From assembly GCA_013265495.1 (NCBI GenBank), contig MU061668.1, forward strand, positions 248,001-312,000: a DNA stretch of 64,000 nt, written 5' to 3'. Of this stretch, positions 37,630-49,770 are shown piece by piece. Made by a program: the position numbers and the translations under genes. The DNA comes from Vicugna vicugna. Its lineage: Eukaryota. The notes below the pieces were generated by a model. That model did no database searches. It was not told the origin of the DNA and saw nothing but the letters and a program-made list of their open reading frames with translations. Numbering within the stretch: the stretch's first letter is position 1; each line of letters starts with the position of its first letter.

Positions 37630-38110
37630 CACAATTTTGAAACCAACAGAAAAATTGACAAAGAACTTAGAGGCCGTTCACAGAAGAGAAACGCAAATTG
37701 TTTGTTACGTATGAATAGACAGTCAACCTCAGTCATAAAGAAACGAGAAGTAAAATGTCAATGTAACACGATTTGTCATCGACTGGAAGGCAATTATTAA
37801 AATATATGTCGTTAAGAAACACTTAGGTGAAAAAAATCAAGATGTTGGATAATCGACATGGCACGCCTCTGCCTGTGTGAAAATAACTGTGTACGTATAT
37901 ATGCATGTCTCTCTGCTCACACACATGCGTGTAGGCTTAAATGTGCACAGAACATTCTGGAACATGGTATAAGCTGGTTACAGTGTTGCTTCCACGGCGA
38001 GAGCCTGGAAGTCTTGAATGAGGAGGAAACATGAATTTCCACCCTGTGTTCTTTTATAATGTTTAAGTTTCTAGATATATGTCTGCATCACCTTTTCAAT
38101 GAAAAATAAC
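37630..38110 (+). mobile_element. Old LINE-1 3' end (L1ME-type)
   Basis: gaaaaattgacaaagaacttagaggccgttcacagaagagaaacgcaaat...acagtgttgcttcc...atcaccttttcaatgaaaaataa. Confidence 0.7.
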
Positions 38111-38183
38111 TAAATTATTTTGTTCAAAAAGAGAAGAACTTACAATTTTGTCCTTAAATGTGACTTTAAGAAGGGGCTGCTTT

Positions 38184-38263
38184 CTTACTGTTTTAATTTT
38201 TTTTAATTAATTATTTTTTATTTTGGGGGGGGAGGTAATTAGGTTTATTTATTTGTTTGTTTG
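38184..38263 (-). mobile_element. 5'-truncated camelid-type SINE tail with 18-bp target-site duplication
   Basis: Insert contains ggggaggtaattaggtttatttat and is flanked by TTAAGAAGGGGCTGCTTT at 38166-38183 and 38264-38281. Confidence 0.8.
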
Positions 38264-40159
38264 TTAAGAAGGGGCTGCTTTTTAAACCAGATCAAGTTCA
38301 TCTCCCTCTCCGGCCCCTCCTTCCCTTCCTCCTGGAAGGAAACTCACCTGCACGGGGACCGAGTCTGCTCCAAAGCCCTGGCCAGGACCTTTCCGACTCG
38401 GGAAGTGACCTGCTCTTGCCAGTGACCCTGACAGGTACAGTGGCGAGCAACTGAGGCTCAGAGAGTCCCCAGGCCCCAGCGTGAGGTTGTGACATGGCCC
38501 AGCTGCCACACGAAGCGTTCCGGTAAATCAAACTATAGAATGTGGCCCCACAGCCCGGCTTTAACACATCTTTGTGCTCTTAGAAATGAGCACAGCGTGA
38601 GGCACGTAGTAGGTGCTTATAAGTAGAGTCCATCTGAGAGAGAAGCCACCAGTGAGCCAGACGTGAGCCAGGACACACACACACACACACGATGCTGAGG
38701 AATCTGTTTGACACCTGGATTAAGCCTCACCTAGAACCAGCCCTTCCTGTGGAATTCTCAGTCCCATCAACTGATAGATGGATCCCGTCCCTCCTCCCAC
38801 TTCTGTTCACGTCCGTTTGAATTGGCCACCCCGTCACTTGCAACAGAGTTCCTGGAGCCAAATGCGTAGGTGTGCCCGTGTGCTCCCTCCTAGACCCCAG
38901 TTCCCGGTGAGGAGGTAAATCCACCTTCCCTTCGCCCTCCTACCTGACGTTCCCTCTCCAGGAAGCTTCTGGCCTCCCGCTGCCCCAGCCCCCACCCACC
39001 GGGATTCCTCTCGTTTCTGATGCCGTTGTTGTCGGCTGCTCCCAGGACAGGGCCTTGGATGCACGGAGCACAGTCCTTCCTCAAGGCCCCCGCACCTGCC
39101 GTTCCCACTGCCAGACCCTCACGTGTCCCGCCCGCCTCTTCACTCCAGCTTTGATCAAACCTCACCTCCTCAGGAAATCCACTCCTAGCAACCCTGTCTG
39201 AGGGGGCCCCTCGGAGCCATAGCTCTCACAGCTGGCCCTGCTCATTGTCCTTGAGTGCTCCCGAATCACGTCCTATTCATTTGTGGACTATCCGCGCCCC
39301 CTACCCTTCCCCGCCCGGAGCGTCAGTGCGAGAGGGCGTCCCACTGGGCCGGCACTGGGTCTGCCTCTGGCGGGGAGGAGTTTGGAAGAGATCTTTTCTT
39401 AGACCGTGAATTGTGATCAAGGAAGGAGCAGTGACAGAATCTGAATAAACACGGTCATCATCAGAAATGGAAAGTCTGACAAAAAGGGTGTTTACGGCTG
39501 CTTGAAATACCCCACACCTGGCACGGAGTCACTGGGGAAAGGGGTGGGAAAGTCTGGGAAACGGCTCTGCGACGTTTCAAAGACTTGCCGACTTTGGGGT
39601 TTAAAAAAGACTCAATAGCTTGGGTTGGAGGGTGCCGGCCCCCTGAGATGACCCACTTATCGGCTCGGCTGCAACGTCTGAGGCATCTTCCTGGGCAGAG
39701 TGGGCGCCTGGAGAATGGACTGCCAGCTCTGTGACCACCCAAGGACGTGGCGGAGCTGACCCAGGAAGGCACCAGGGTTGACGCCAGCAGGGAGGTGGTG
39801 GCCCGACCACTCGGCCACGGTTGTACGAAGCATCCACGTCTGGGGCACAGCAGCTGGGGCAACCAGGAAGGACCTGACCCCTCTGCAGACCCACGCTGCA
39901 CGGGGGATTAACTTCAGCTGGAACTGAGTCTTCCCTGGGACCTGCTGCCAAACCCCAAAGGAGACATCCAGCAGTCAGGAGTAGAGTCAAAGTCTCCTTG
40001 AAGGCATCAGATCAGGGGCAAGCACATTTGGATGTTATAAACTCTCCGACATCAAGCTGCCTTGGATTCGGTGTCCCTTAAGTCTAAGTACTTGGGCGGG
40101 AAGAATCTGGTTGGCAAATGGAATATCTGAGTAAGTTCCTTTATCTACTCACCTATCAG

Positions 40160-40385
40160 TTTATGCCTCTACTCATCCATCTATCCATCCATTCATCCAT
40201 CCAGCCATCCACCCACCCACCTGTCCATCCATCCGTCTGTCCGTCCGTCCATCTGTCTGTCCATCCTTCTAAACATCCATCAACTCACACACTTACCCAT
40301 CTATAGCTTCCATCTATTGACCCACTTATCCATACACCTATCTGCCTATCCGTCTGTCCATCACCCATCCATCCATACATTCCAC
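40160..40385 (+). repeat. Degenerate (CCAT)n simple repeat
   Basis: catccatctatccatccattcatccatccagccatccaccc... Confidence 0.9.
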
Positions 40386-41240
40386 CACCCCCCCCACCCC
40401 AAAGGCATGTGCTGGGCACCTGCTGCAGCCCAGGCCCTCCACTAAGCAGAGGTGCAGCCGGCCCTGCAAGGAGCTGGCCGTCTAGCCGGGCAGGCAGACT
40501 GGGAGACGGTTCACTTCTCCTGCAGCCTGGCTGGTGTCCTGACACAGACAACACAGAGGAATCAGCAGGGACCCCGAGGGGGTGAAGCCCACACTCCCGG
40601 CACCCACACAGCAGAAGCCCTCAGCGCACGTCTGATGAACGAATTTGTTTTCCTGGTTTTGAATGTGTTCTGAATTGTGTTTTAATATGAAACATATTAT
40701 GGAATACGAAGTTTTGAATCATGACTGTATTTTATTGGCTAACTCGGTCACTATCCGTCTCCTCCATCAGGCAGCAGAGGGGAGACTGCTCCTGGCCTGC
40801 CCACTGCTGAACCCAGGGCCTCGAGTGACGGCTGCACCCAGCAGGTGCTTGATGAACATTTACGTGCAAAGTCAGTTCCTCTTCTGGTTCCTGACCTTGA
40901 CTCTGTCTCCGATTTTCCGCCATCCTCTCTGCCCTGGAACACGTTGATGACTCTTGGTCCGCAGATCTGCCTTTCAGAGCACAGCCTCTGTAGGATCTGA
41001 GATTGGAACTCTCTCCACACCTTCCTTCCATGCCCTCCTCCTCGTAACTGTGTCCTGACCACGTCCCTCGCTTCCACCTGGAGGGTCTCACCAGGGCTGA
41101 GCCCAGTCCTCTGGTCCAGGGGTGAGCATGTGATCCAGGCCCAGCCAATCAGAGCCCTGCTCTCCTGAGCCCCCATGACCGGTTCAGGGACAGGACAGGA
41201 CAGAGTGGTAGCGAGCATCAGTTAGATGCCAGGTGCTGCT
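40375..41240 (+). repeat. Local segmental duplication, copy 2
   Basis: Partner of 33590-34530. The ORF track shows near-identical 73-aa translations at 33663-33884 and 40452-40673. Confidence 0.9.
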
Positions 41241-41445
41241 ATAAGAACATTTCATTTCCTAACTCTCTTAATCCTCACAACGGAACCTTATGGGGTGAAC
41301 GAGATGTTATAATTCTCACTTCACAAATGAGGAAATTTGAGGCTCAGAGAGGTTAAGTGACTTGCACAAGGTCACACAGCTCTTCAGCAGCAAAGCCAAG
41401 ATTTGCACACTGCTTTCTGGCTCCAGAGTTCATACTCTAAACTAC
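41215..41445 (-). mobile_element. MIR SINE (near full length)
   Basis: ttaatcctcacaac...cacaaatgaggaaatttgaggctcagagaggttaagtgacttgcacaaggtcacacagc...ctggctccagagt. Confidence 0.88.
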
Positions 41446-41742
41446 CCCGACTTTTGAGCAAAGGCCAATGTCACAGCAATGAGAATCTGGCCCCAGACAT
41501 GGGTCAACCTACAGAATAAGAGGTGCCCTCTTTCCACTGCAAGCCTGGAGCTATCAGATGCCACAAAGAAAGAGGCTCGAGAGGAGGAAGCTGACGGGGG
41601 TCCCCAGACTGAGGCACCGTGGGGAGAAGCCAGACCCCTTTTCTGTTCCCCTTCAAGGACCCTCCTCTTCCTGTTGTGTTTACTTATTCTGCCTTGTGTG
41701 AGCCCCGGGGCACACCCACAGCTGTGTTTCCATCTGGACTTT

Positions 41743-42180
41743 TTTTTTTAATTGAAGTATAATCGATTCACAATGTTGTGTTAACTTCTGGCATACGGCA
41801 GTGTTTCAGTTGTGTCTGTGTGTATACGCATATTCCTTTTCATGTCCTTTTTCATTATAGGCTGTTACAAGGTATTGAACACAGCTCCCTGTCTATACAG
41901 TAGGGCCTTGTTGTTCACCTGTTTTATATACTTTGTATCTGCTAATCCAAAACTCCTAATTTATCCCTCCCACCCGCTTCCCTCGGTAACCGTAAGTCTG
42001 CTTTCCATGTCTGTGAGCCAGTTTCTGTTTCGTAAGTAAGTTCATTCGTGCCATTCTTTTAGATTGCACATGTAAGTGATGCTATGTGATATTCACCTTT
42101 CTCTGTCTGGCTTACTTTTGGTATGACAACCTCTAAGTTCATTCACGTTGCTGCAAATGGCATTATTTCACTCTCTTTTA
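41743..42180 (-). mobile_element. 5'-truncated young LINE-1 with 14-bp target-site duplication
   Basis: T-run + aattgaagtataatcgattcacaatgttgtg...gctgcaaatggcattatttca, flanked by TCCATCTGGACTTT (41729-41742) and TCCACCTGGACTTT (42181-42194). Confidence 0.9.
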
Positions 42181-44029
42181 TCCACCTGGACTTTCTAGCA
42201 CATGTTTATTTACTGTCCTGAAGGTCCTGGTCCCCAGGGCAGGCCACACACTCCAGAACAGCAGTCCTGGTTGTTAAAATCCAGAAACACTAGCATATCA
42301 GTTGAGAAAAAGCAGCTGCTTCAAGCCCCACCGGCCCCCCTCCCCTGGGACCCCGGGACCTCCCCATAAGTCAGGATTAACGCCTGCTGCAGAGAGCCAC
42401 AGCCGGCCCCTTTGTGACTGGCAGTGCTGGGGAGAGAAGGGTTGTCAGCCCTCCTGAACACACCCTATCCCAACTCTGTGATGCCCTGGAAGGAGCATTC
42501 CCCCATACGCACTCCCCGAGCTTCCCCCGTCTGGCAGGCTGGGGGTAAGGGACGCGGAGGCAGGGTGGGACCCTGCTGGGGACAACAGTGTCGAGGAAAC
42601 ACATGCAGAAGGGCCAGTGCTCCAGATGCACAACCCTGGCAGCGCCCTGGTGGGGGCCTTGGGGGAGCCTGCACACCAGTCAGAGCGCAGCGCATCCCTA
42701 CATGGGACCCTCCGCGAGGCCCCCCTGTGCAGCCAAGAGGCTCCGTCCGGGTGGGACCGACCCTGTGACGGTGCGCCCGGCCTGGCCTCGGCCTCACGCC
42801 CCAGGGCCGCGGGCTCGGGCAGCAGCTGCGTCCAGGGACAGAGGCCAGAGCACAGCACTGCCGCCTTCCTCGCAGACGGGCAGACACCCCTCAGCTCCTT
42901 TATTACGTTTCTCCTTTCCTATATTAAATCTTGGCATCGTGGACGCGGGGCGGGAAGGTCCTGAGCTCATCTGGCCCCGTCCTCCCCAGAGGCTTCGACA
43001 TCCTTTTAGACTCATTAACTTCACAAAATCAATAAGTGTTTTGGAGAAAAAAATAAAAATAAAAAACTAACAACGTTCTTCCGGGCAATAACCTTTAAGC
43101 GGCCAGTCAGTGTCATAACTCCTCCTCTCAGGGGCGGGGACGCCACCAACGGGCCAGCGCCCTGGAGCACAGGCCGGGGTGCCCGTGAGTCCCCAAGGAC
43201 GCCCCTGCCAGCAGGTCCGGGATGCAGGCTCTGTGCTCCAGCCTCCCCTCCCACACAGAAGGCAGGATGGCAAGATGACTCTCTACCCTCCAGCCCCAGA
43301 CGCCCCTTTGGAAAAGGCGGGAGGTGCAGAAATAAATTGTTTCATGCACCTTGAAGACAGCCCGCATGCAGCTGGATCACCTCGATGCAGCGGCTGCCAG
43401 GGTCCGTCTCGACTGCAAACGCACACACGCCCTCCCGCCCATGCCAGTGGGCAGTTCCCCTCTCGTGTGGGCCAGTAGGCTCGCCCCTACTAACTTCGTC
43501 TACCGTCCTGAAGCAGCGGTGTGGTACCTGGATGCCTGGGAACTGGTCTGTCTGCTCTGTAACACGCAGCTTCCAGGACTATGGATGGTTTAACCACGTC
43601 CCCAGGTAATGGGCCACACAGGGTCTCATTTCCATTCTAAGGATTAAAACAAAACAAAGCCAAACAAAACCACGCTCAGGCAGGGGGCCCATCGCCTGGA
43701 ATAACCGTCCACTTGTCACTGGCATGGCAGAGGCCCTCCCAGCAAACACCAGCCCAAAAAACACACTGCAGCCACTCCAAAGCCCAAAACCGTAATAATG
43801 AGAACTGCCATTGCCATTCTTATTGTAATAATAACTCGCAACTTAACTGTCCTTTGTATTATAAGCAAAAACCACCAGAGACATTTGGAGAGAACTGGCT
43901 GTGTACAGGCTGCAGCCAAGACATCGGAGGAGGAAGCTCACTCTTCTTGGGGGACGAGTGAACCCACAGTTTGAAAGTGTGTCTTGGACCAAAATAAGGA
44001 GCAGAAAAGTTAAAAACTGATTCAGTTCA

Positions 44030-44250
44030 TGAGATCAGAGAGGGCTGCCTGGAGGAGGTGGCCTCTCCTCTGAGCCTCGATAGGATAAGCAGACATTTTC
44101 CAGGTAGAGGAGGAGGAGGGAACAGGAGGAGGAGAGAGGTCTGAATGGCAGGTTGTGCTGAGGGAACTCGAGACATTCAGATCAGCTGGAGCTCAGAGCT
44201 CCCGGGGGTTGGGGAGGAACAGGGCCGGCGAGGTGGGCACTCAGCAGGCA
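44030..44250 (-). mobile_element. LINE-2 fragment
   Basis: agagagggctgcctggaggaggtggc...ctgagcctcga...ttccaggtagagg. Confidence 0.65.
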
Positions 44251-45189
44251 CCCGGGTCTTGCAGGAAGTGCGGAAGAGTTTGGACTTCACCACGAGGCAA
44301 CAGGACGCACAGACAGATTTTACTCATTGTGTTCTGCACGATGTGAGTGTGTGTGACACCCGGGGAGACTGTGTGCTTCCTCCGTTCAGTCTCAGAAACA
44401 TTCAGGCATCATCGCCCCCCGGGCTCCGTGGCTGTGCCCCCAGCCTCGGCTTCTGGAACTCCTGCATCATAGCCGCTCCGCCCGGCGTCCAGGAACCACA
44501 ACTGGCTTTGCATCCATTTATTCTTCACTCTTGGATATCGAGGAAATTCCTAAGTCATGCGGGACCGCGGGTCATGTCCTGGGGCGTGATGATTTCAAAT
44601 CCACCTGCTCGTGGATTCGGCGAGGGAGTTCTGGTCCAAGGGTGCCCGGTCAGGACGACGTCGGCCAGGCTGTGCTGCTCAGTGGGCAGTGACAACATCG
44701 GATGTCTAGGTACTACGGACCTGTGAGCCACGGTGCTGGGAGGGGACCATGCCGCTGGCCGGCACTGGCGTCCTCGCCCCGCAGCCCCAGCCTCTGGCGG
44801 CGGGGACTCGTGTCCGCACCAGCATCACTTGTCAGCTCCTGGTTGGCTGAGCCGACTCTTCCGAGGACCAGCTCATAGAAAGACACACCTCAACTAATTC
44901 TGCACAAATTTACAGCCATCCAATCTCGAAGGAGCAGAGCCCTCCTGAGACCCAAGGGTGTGACCCCAGGGTGGATGGTCTGCTCCAGAGATTGGGAGAT
45001 GGGCGCTGTGCTCCCCGCCTGGAACCGGCCCACCTCCCCCACTGCCTCTCCAGGAAAGGCAGAGGAAAGCATGCCACCAGGCGACTTCCAAGGTCAGACA
45101 TCCACGGGCAGTCAAAGTGACCCCTGACCTGAACCGCAGGCCTCATCCAGGTCAACTCTGTGTGAACCTCCGGCTCCCATGAAAAACGG

Positions 45190-46200
45190 GAACCTGTAAA
45201 ACGTTTAGGAAAAAACACAAGAGAAAATCAAGACCTGGAGCCAGCAAAGAGGTCTTAGACTTAACACTCAAAGCGCGGTCTACAGAAGGAGAAGCCGGAA
45301 GGCAGGCCTCAGTGAGCTTAGGGTTTTTGCTTTGTCAAAGATGCTGTCAAGAGGATGAAAAGACAGGCTATCGATGGAGACAGATGTTTGCAAACCACAC
45401 ACCAGACAAAGGAGCGACGCACTTACTTATCCAGAATATAGGGAGAGGGTGCACAGCTCAACAGTACAGAACCCACCAGCTCAGCGAGAGCATGGGCAAA
45501 AGGTGGACGGACACGCTTCACCTCGTCAGATGACAGACGGCAAATCAGCACATGGGAAGCTCCAGCATCACTAGCATCAGGGAAGCGGAGTGTGAGACAC
45601 CACGGTGAGACGTCACCACACACCAGCGGTAACGACAAAAATAAAAAATAGCCTAACACCGAATGCTGGGAAGAATTCGGGGAATACAAGCTGGCGCAGC
45701 CACTCTGGAACAGTCTGGCAATTACTTATAAAACTAAACATGCACCTTCCCGAGGGTCAGCAGCCACCCTCCTGGGCACTCGTCCCAAAGAAATGAACAC
45801 CTGCGTTCACACAAACACTGCACAGAAACGTGCACGGCAGTTTCATCGGTAATAACCCCAAACTGGAAACAAGCCAGGTGCCCTGCAGTGGGCGACAGTT
45901 AAACAGACCGTGCAGCGTCCACGCTGAGGAACGTTACCCAAAGGGGGTGGTCCACGACCACCTGGGTGGGTCCCAAGGCCATTATCCAGGTGAAGAAAGC
46001 CCATCCCAAAGGTGACACATCGTGTGAGTCCACTTACAGAACATTCTGGAGACGACAGAGTTATAGAGAAGGAGACAGAGGGGTTGTTGCAGGGGTCGGG
46101 GGGCGGGAAGGGGTGAAGGTGATGGTAAAAGGGCAATGCGAGGGGCCCTTGTGGTGGTGGAACTGTTCTGACTCTTGACTGTGCTGCTGGACGCGGTACA
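45190..46200 (+). mobile_element. Old LINE-1 3' region (L1MB/MC-type)
   Basis: gtcaagaggatgaaaagacaggcta, tttgcaaaccacacaccagacaaagg, cccaaagaaatgaacacctgcgttcacacaaac, cccaaactggaaacaagcc. Confidence 0.85.
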
Positions 46201-46500
46201 ATGGCCCGTCTCTCTGTCTCTCTCTGTCTCAGGACCCTTGCCCATGGAGCCCAGCCACCATGCTCTGGACACCCACACCGTGTGCAGAGGGTGTTAGAGC
46301 CAACAGGCTCAGCTAGGCCCTGAGATGACACCGGCATCGTCAGCAGAGTGACAGCCGACAGATGACCCCAGCCCCAGCCCCGCGCCTTCTAGCTGGTGCC
46401 CCAGCCGTGGTGGAGCCCGGGCCACCCTGCTCCACAGGGTCCGTGAGAGTTAACACAGGAACACTGTCACTTTAACCACAAGGCTGGGAGCGCTGTTCCC
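46200..46500 (+). mobile_element. MaLR LTR fragment (MLT1H/I-like)
   Basis: gcccatggagcccagccaccatgct...cagatgaccccagcccc...ccgtgagagttaac...ctttaaccacaaggctggg. Confidence 0.6.
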
Positions 46501-47689
46501 AGGCCGAGTCAGCCCTTCTGCCCCCTGAATCCGGCTGCACCCCAGCACCCCGCGTCCTGCTCCCGGCACTCAGCTCCGTCTCCTCGGGAACGGCGCCGGT
46601 GTGAGGGGTGGCACGGCGGCTGTGGGCCCCCTCCCAAGTCTCCCTACTTCCTTCCAAACTGGAGGACCGAGCGTGTCCCACCCCCCTGCACACGGCTGGA
46701 GAGGCTAACTCTCCGGGCGGACACCCTGTTCTGTGGGGCACGCCAATGTCCCCAGATGGGCCAGGGAGGACACACCATCTAGTCCGTGTCCCTCCCCCTC
46801 CCCCCCGAGTCCTGGGGTCAGCTCGGGCCCCACCCTGTGGGAGGTGGGAAGAGTAGCTGGGGGTGCGGGGCTGCCAACTGTCTCCCAGATGACGCAGGGG
46901 AGTCCCAGGCAGAGGAGCAGGTGGCCTGCGGGCCCATAGGGCAGAGCAGAAGCCACGGTAGGGGTCCAGGTGGGGTGACAGAGGCCGGCAGACCCCCATC
47001 CCAGGACCACGAAGGGCATCATATCAGGCAGAGACACATGGGGGCACCGAGGGGCCCCTGAGGGCTGCTGCGGACAGGACCCGCCCCGAGGTCTGCCTCC
47101 TCCGGGCCTGGAGGACCGCCTGGGCCTGGGGGTCTGTGGATCACAGGCTGGGGTGGGGGTCCCTTCAAAGGCAGCGCCCTCTTGGTGCTGCAGAGATGGG
47201 CGGGCCTCTTGGGACCTGCAGAAATCTTACCAGAGATGCAAGCGAGCTCTTGTCTTCCCTGCACAGAATGGGACTGGAAAACGTCAACTCTGCACACCCC
47301 CAAGGAGCATCCACAGAGGCACCAAGAGCACCTTGGCAAAGGCAGCCCACTGCTGGGCCAGACGGCGGTCGGGGCACCGGCCAGATGGGCTGGGCTGCCC
47401 GGCCGGAGCTGGGAGAGGCGCTGTCTCCCCGAATTTCCCCAGGATTTCCAGTATGGAGACAGAGCACGGTCCGGCCCATCTCCTGCAGGGAGGGTGGGCT
47501 TCCACACTCAGCCCGGCCCCCAGGCCAGTGTCGACAGCTAGGCACGCCCCACTCAAACCGACTTCAGCGCAAGCTGCAGGCGTGACTTGGGAACCCACTT
47601 CCAACAAGGGACCTCCAATGTCGCTGGCTGGAGGGTGACCAGGGCCCCTGAGATGAAGCCATCCCAGTCAGTGGCCCCTTGGGGAGTAT

Positions 47690-47800
47690 CCAGACCTAGG
47701 CCCTGAGGCCCTCACGACTGCCCGAGGTCGTCAGTGGTAAAGCCCACTTTACAGAGGAGGAGACCGAGGTTCAGAGAGGGGACCTGCCAGGCACGGCCCT
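47690..47800 (-). mobile_element. MIR SINE fragment
   Basis: cccactttacagaggaggagaccgaggttcagagagggg. Confidence 0.7.
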
Positions 47801-49149
47801 AAGCTGCTAGGGACCTGTAAGCCCCTTTTATGTGCTATGGGCACACTGAGGTCCAGAGGTGGCATGCAAGAGGGCCAAGGCCACACAGCCTCGTGTGGCA
47901 GCGGTGGGAGCTGAGGTTCTGGGTGGCCACGTGATGAGATTTTGGCAACTTGGTGTCATGTCAAGGCTGTGAAAGTCTTGCCTCAGCTCTCTCTCACCCC
48001 AGCCCCACTCCAGCCCAGCCCTCTCTCCCGGCCTCTGGGCAGTGAGGGCTCCCCACGTTCAGCCTCACCGCAGGCCAGTCCCAGAGTTTCAGCACCAGGC
48101 TGCCTGTGAGGTCGCCGGGGGTGAACAGAAGGGGGACCCTGGGCTCCGAGCGACCTGCCCAAGGTGACGGGGCAGGAGCACAGCCTGTGCCTGGCGCCGG
48201 CAGCCCGGCCTCCTCCGGCCTCTCTGCTGGGAGGGGGCTGCCCCGAGCCCCCAGGAACGGCTTCCCCCCTGTGAGCATCGCAGGCTGCTGCCAGAACACA
48301 AGCGCTTCCTGGGGAAAGCGCTGCAGAGAAGCACCAAGCCCGTCCAGAGCGCCGGGGAGCCAGCGGCCCGTCTGTTTCCCTAATTCCGACAATTTCCGTT
48401 TATGCCCCCGCAGAGGGCTTCTGTAATTTGGTCCTGTGGTCAGCAAGCTATCCAGACATTAAAAGTTAATTTACTCTCTGCTTCTCCCGCCGGTTATGGC
48501 CCGTTTGTGAGCTTTTTTCTCCCCAAAGCGTAAGGCTTGCATTCTTGTGAACATAAAACATTTAATTGGCAATTTCCGGGGCCCGAGCGTGTTGATCCTC
48601 TTCCCCGGGGGCCCTGTGTGGGCCGTGACCACGGCTGAACCCCACGTCGGCCCCGAGGAGACCCAGACCGAGAGCTCGCCCACCCAGGCAGGCGCGGGGC
48701 GGGAAAGTGGTCACCCAGAGCTAGAAGCAAATCCAGCAGCTGGTATCTGGTGGGGCTCAGCGCCCACAGAGTGTGAGCCTACTGGAATATTCTGCGGCCA
48801 CTGGGAGCCCTGTCCTGGTGCCCCGGGCAGCAGGGGAAAGGCCCATGTTCCGTTCTGACAGTGAGGGTGGCGCGGGGACACGGCCGGCTGGGGTCCCGAC
48901 ACAGCCTGGCTCCAGATTCCAGCTCCCACGCCAGCTGGCTGCGCCCATCTGTCCCCGGGTGACCCTGGGCAAGTCCCCTCCAGTGTCCCAGTCTACACTC
49001 TTTGGCCATCAATTGGGGTCAAGACTAACCACCTGCAAAGCATTCTGACGTGGGGACCGTGAAAGTTAGGTCCTGTGCCCTCAGAGGGGGGCTGTTACTC
49101 TGAAGAAAAGGACAACCCCGAATCTTCTGCTACTGGGTCAGCAAAAGCA

Positions 49150-49770
49150 AGCTGATGGAAAAACGCACCAGGAGGGACCACACCAAAATGATGACCGCGG
49201 TGCTCCAAAGGCTGACGGGCCAGATTTTTTAGGCTAGATTTTCCAAACTTTCCGCCGTGCGTCTATCTTGCATTGATAAGAAAAACACTGACATTAACGT
49301 AGTGCGTCTGATCACTCGGCTCATGTCCGTAGCTGGGGAGGCTGCGAACACCATCCAGCCACACAAAGAAGGAAATCCTGCCATTCCTGACAACGTGGGC
49401 GTGGACGAGGCTGGAGGGCGTCACGCCGAGTGAGGGAAGCCAGGCAGAGAAAGATGGTATCACGCCCATGAAGAACCTAAGTAAGTCGGGGTCGCCAGGG
49501 GCTGGGGGTGGGGAGAGGAGACGCTGGCCGGAGCGCACAGACTCTGAGTTTCCAGGTGGGTGACTCCTGAGGATCCGGTGTCCGGCGGGGTGATAACAGT
49601 GAACAATACTGTATCACGTCCTTAAACGATACTGACAGAGTAGATCTTAAGTGTTCTCACCCCACACAAACACAAAGGAAGCCGTGAGGCAGTGGAGGCG
49701 TTAACTGACTTGGCTGTGGTAACTACTTCGCAAGGCTCATGTATCAAACCAGCATCACACCTCGTAAAGC
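49150..49770 (+). mobile_element. Old LINE-1 3' ends (L1MC-like tail then L1MA9/MB-like 3' UTR)
   Basis: aagaaggaaatcctgccatt, gtgaacaatactgtatc, agagtagatcttaagtgttctcacc, catgtatcaaac. Confidence 0.8.

Noticed and set aside
39601-39990. Minus ORF with signal-peptide-like start (MTLLLTAGCLLWGLAAG)
   Set aside because: The start codon is TTG (plus strand CAA at 39988-39990), not ATG, and the rest has no recognisable domain or splice context.
33663-40673. Two near-identical 73-aa ORFs suggesting a tandem gene pair
   Set aside because: They simply reflect the DNA duplication and use a GTG start, with no exon structure or domain.
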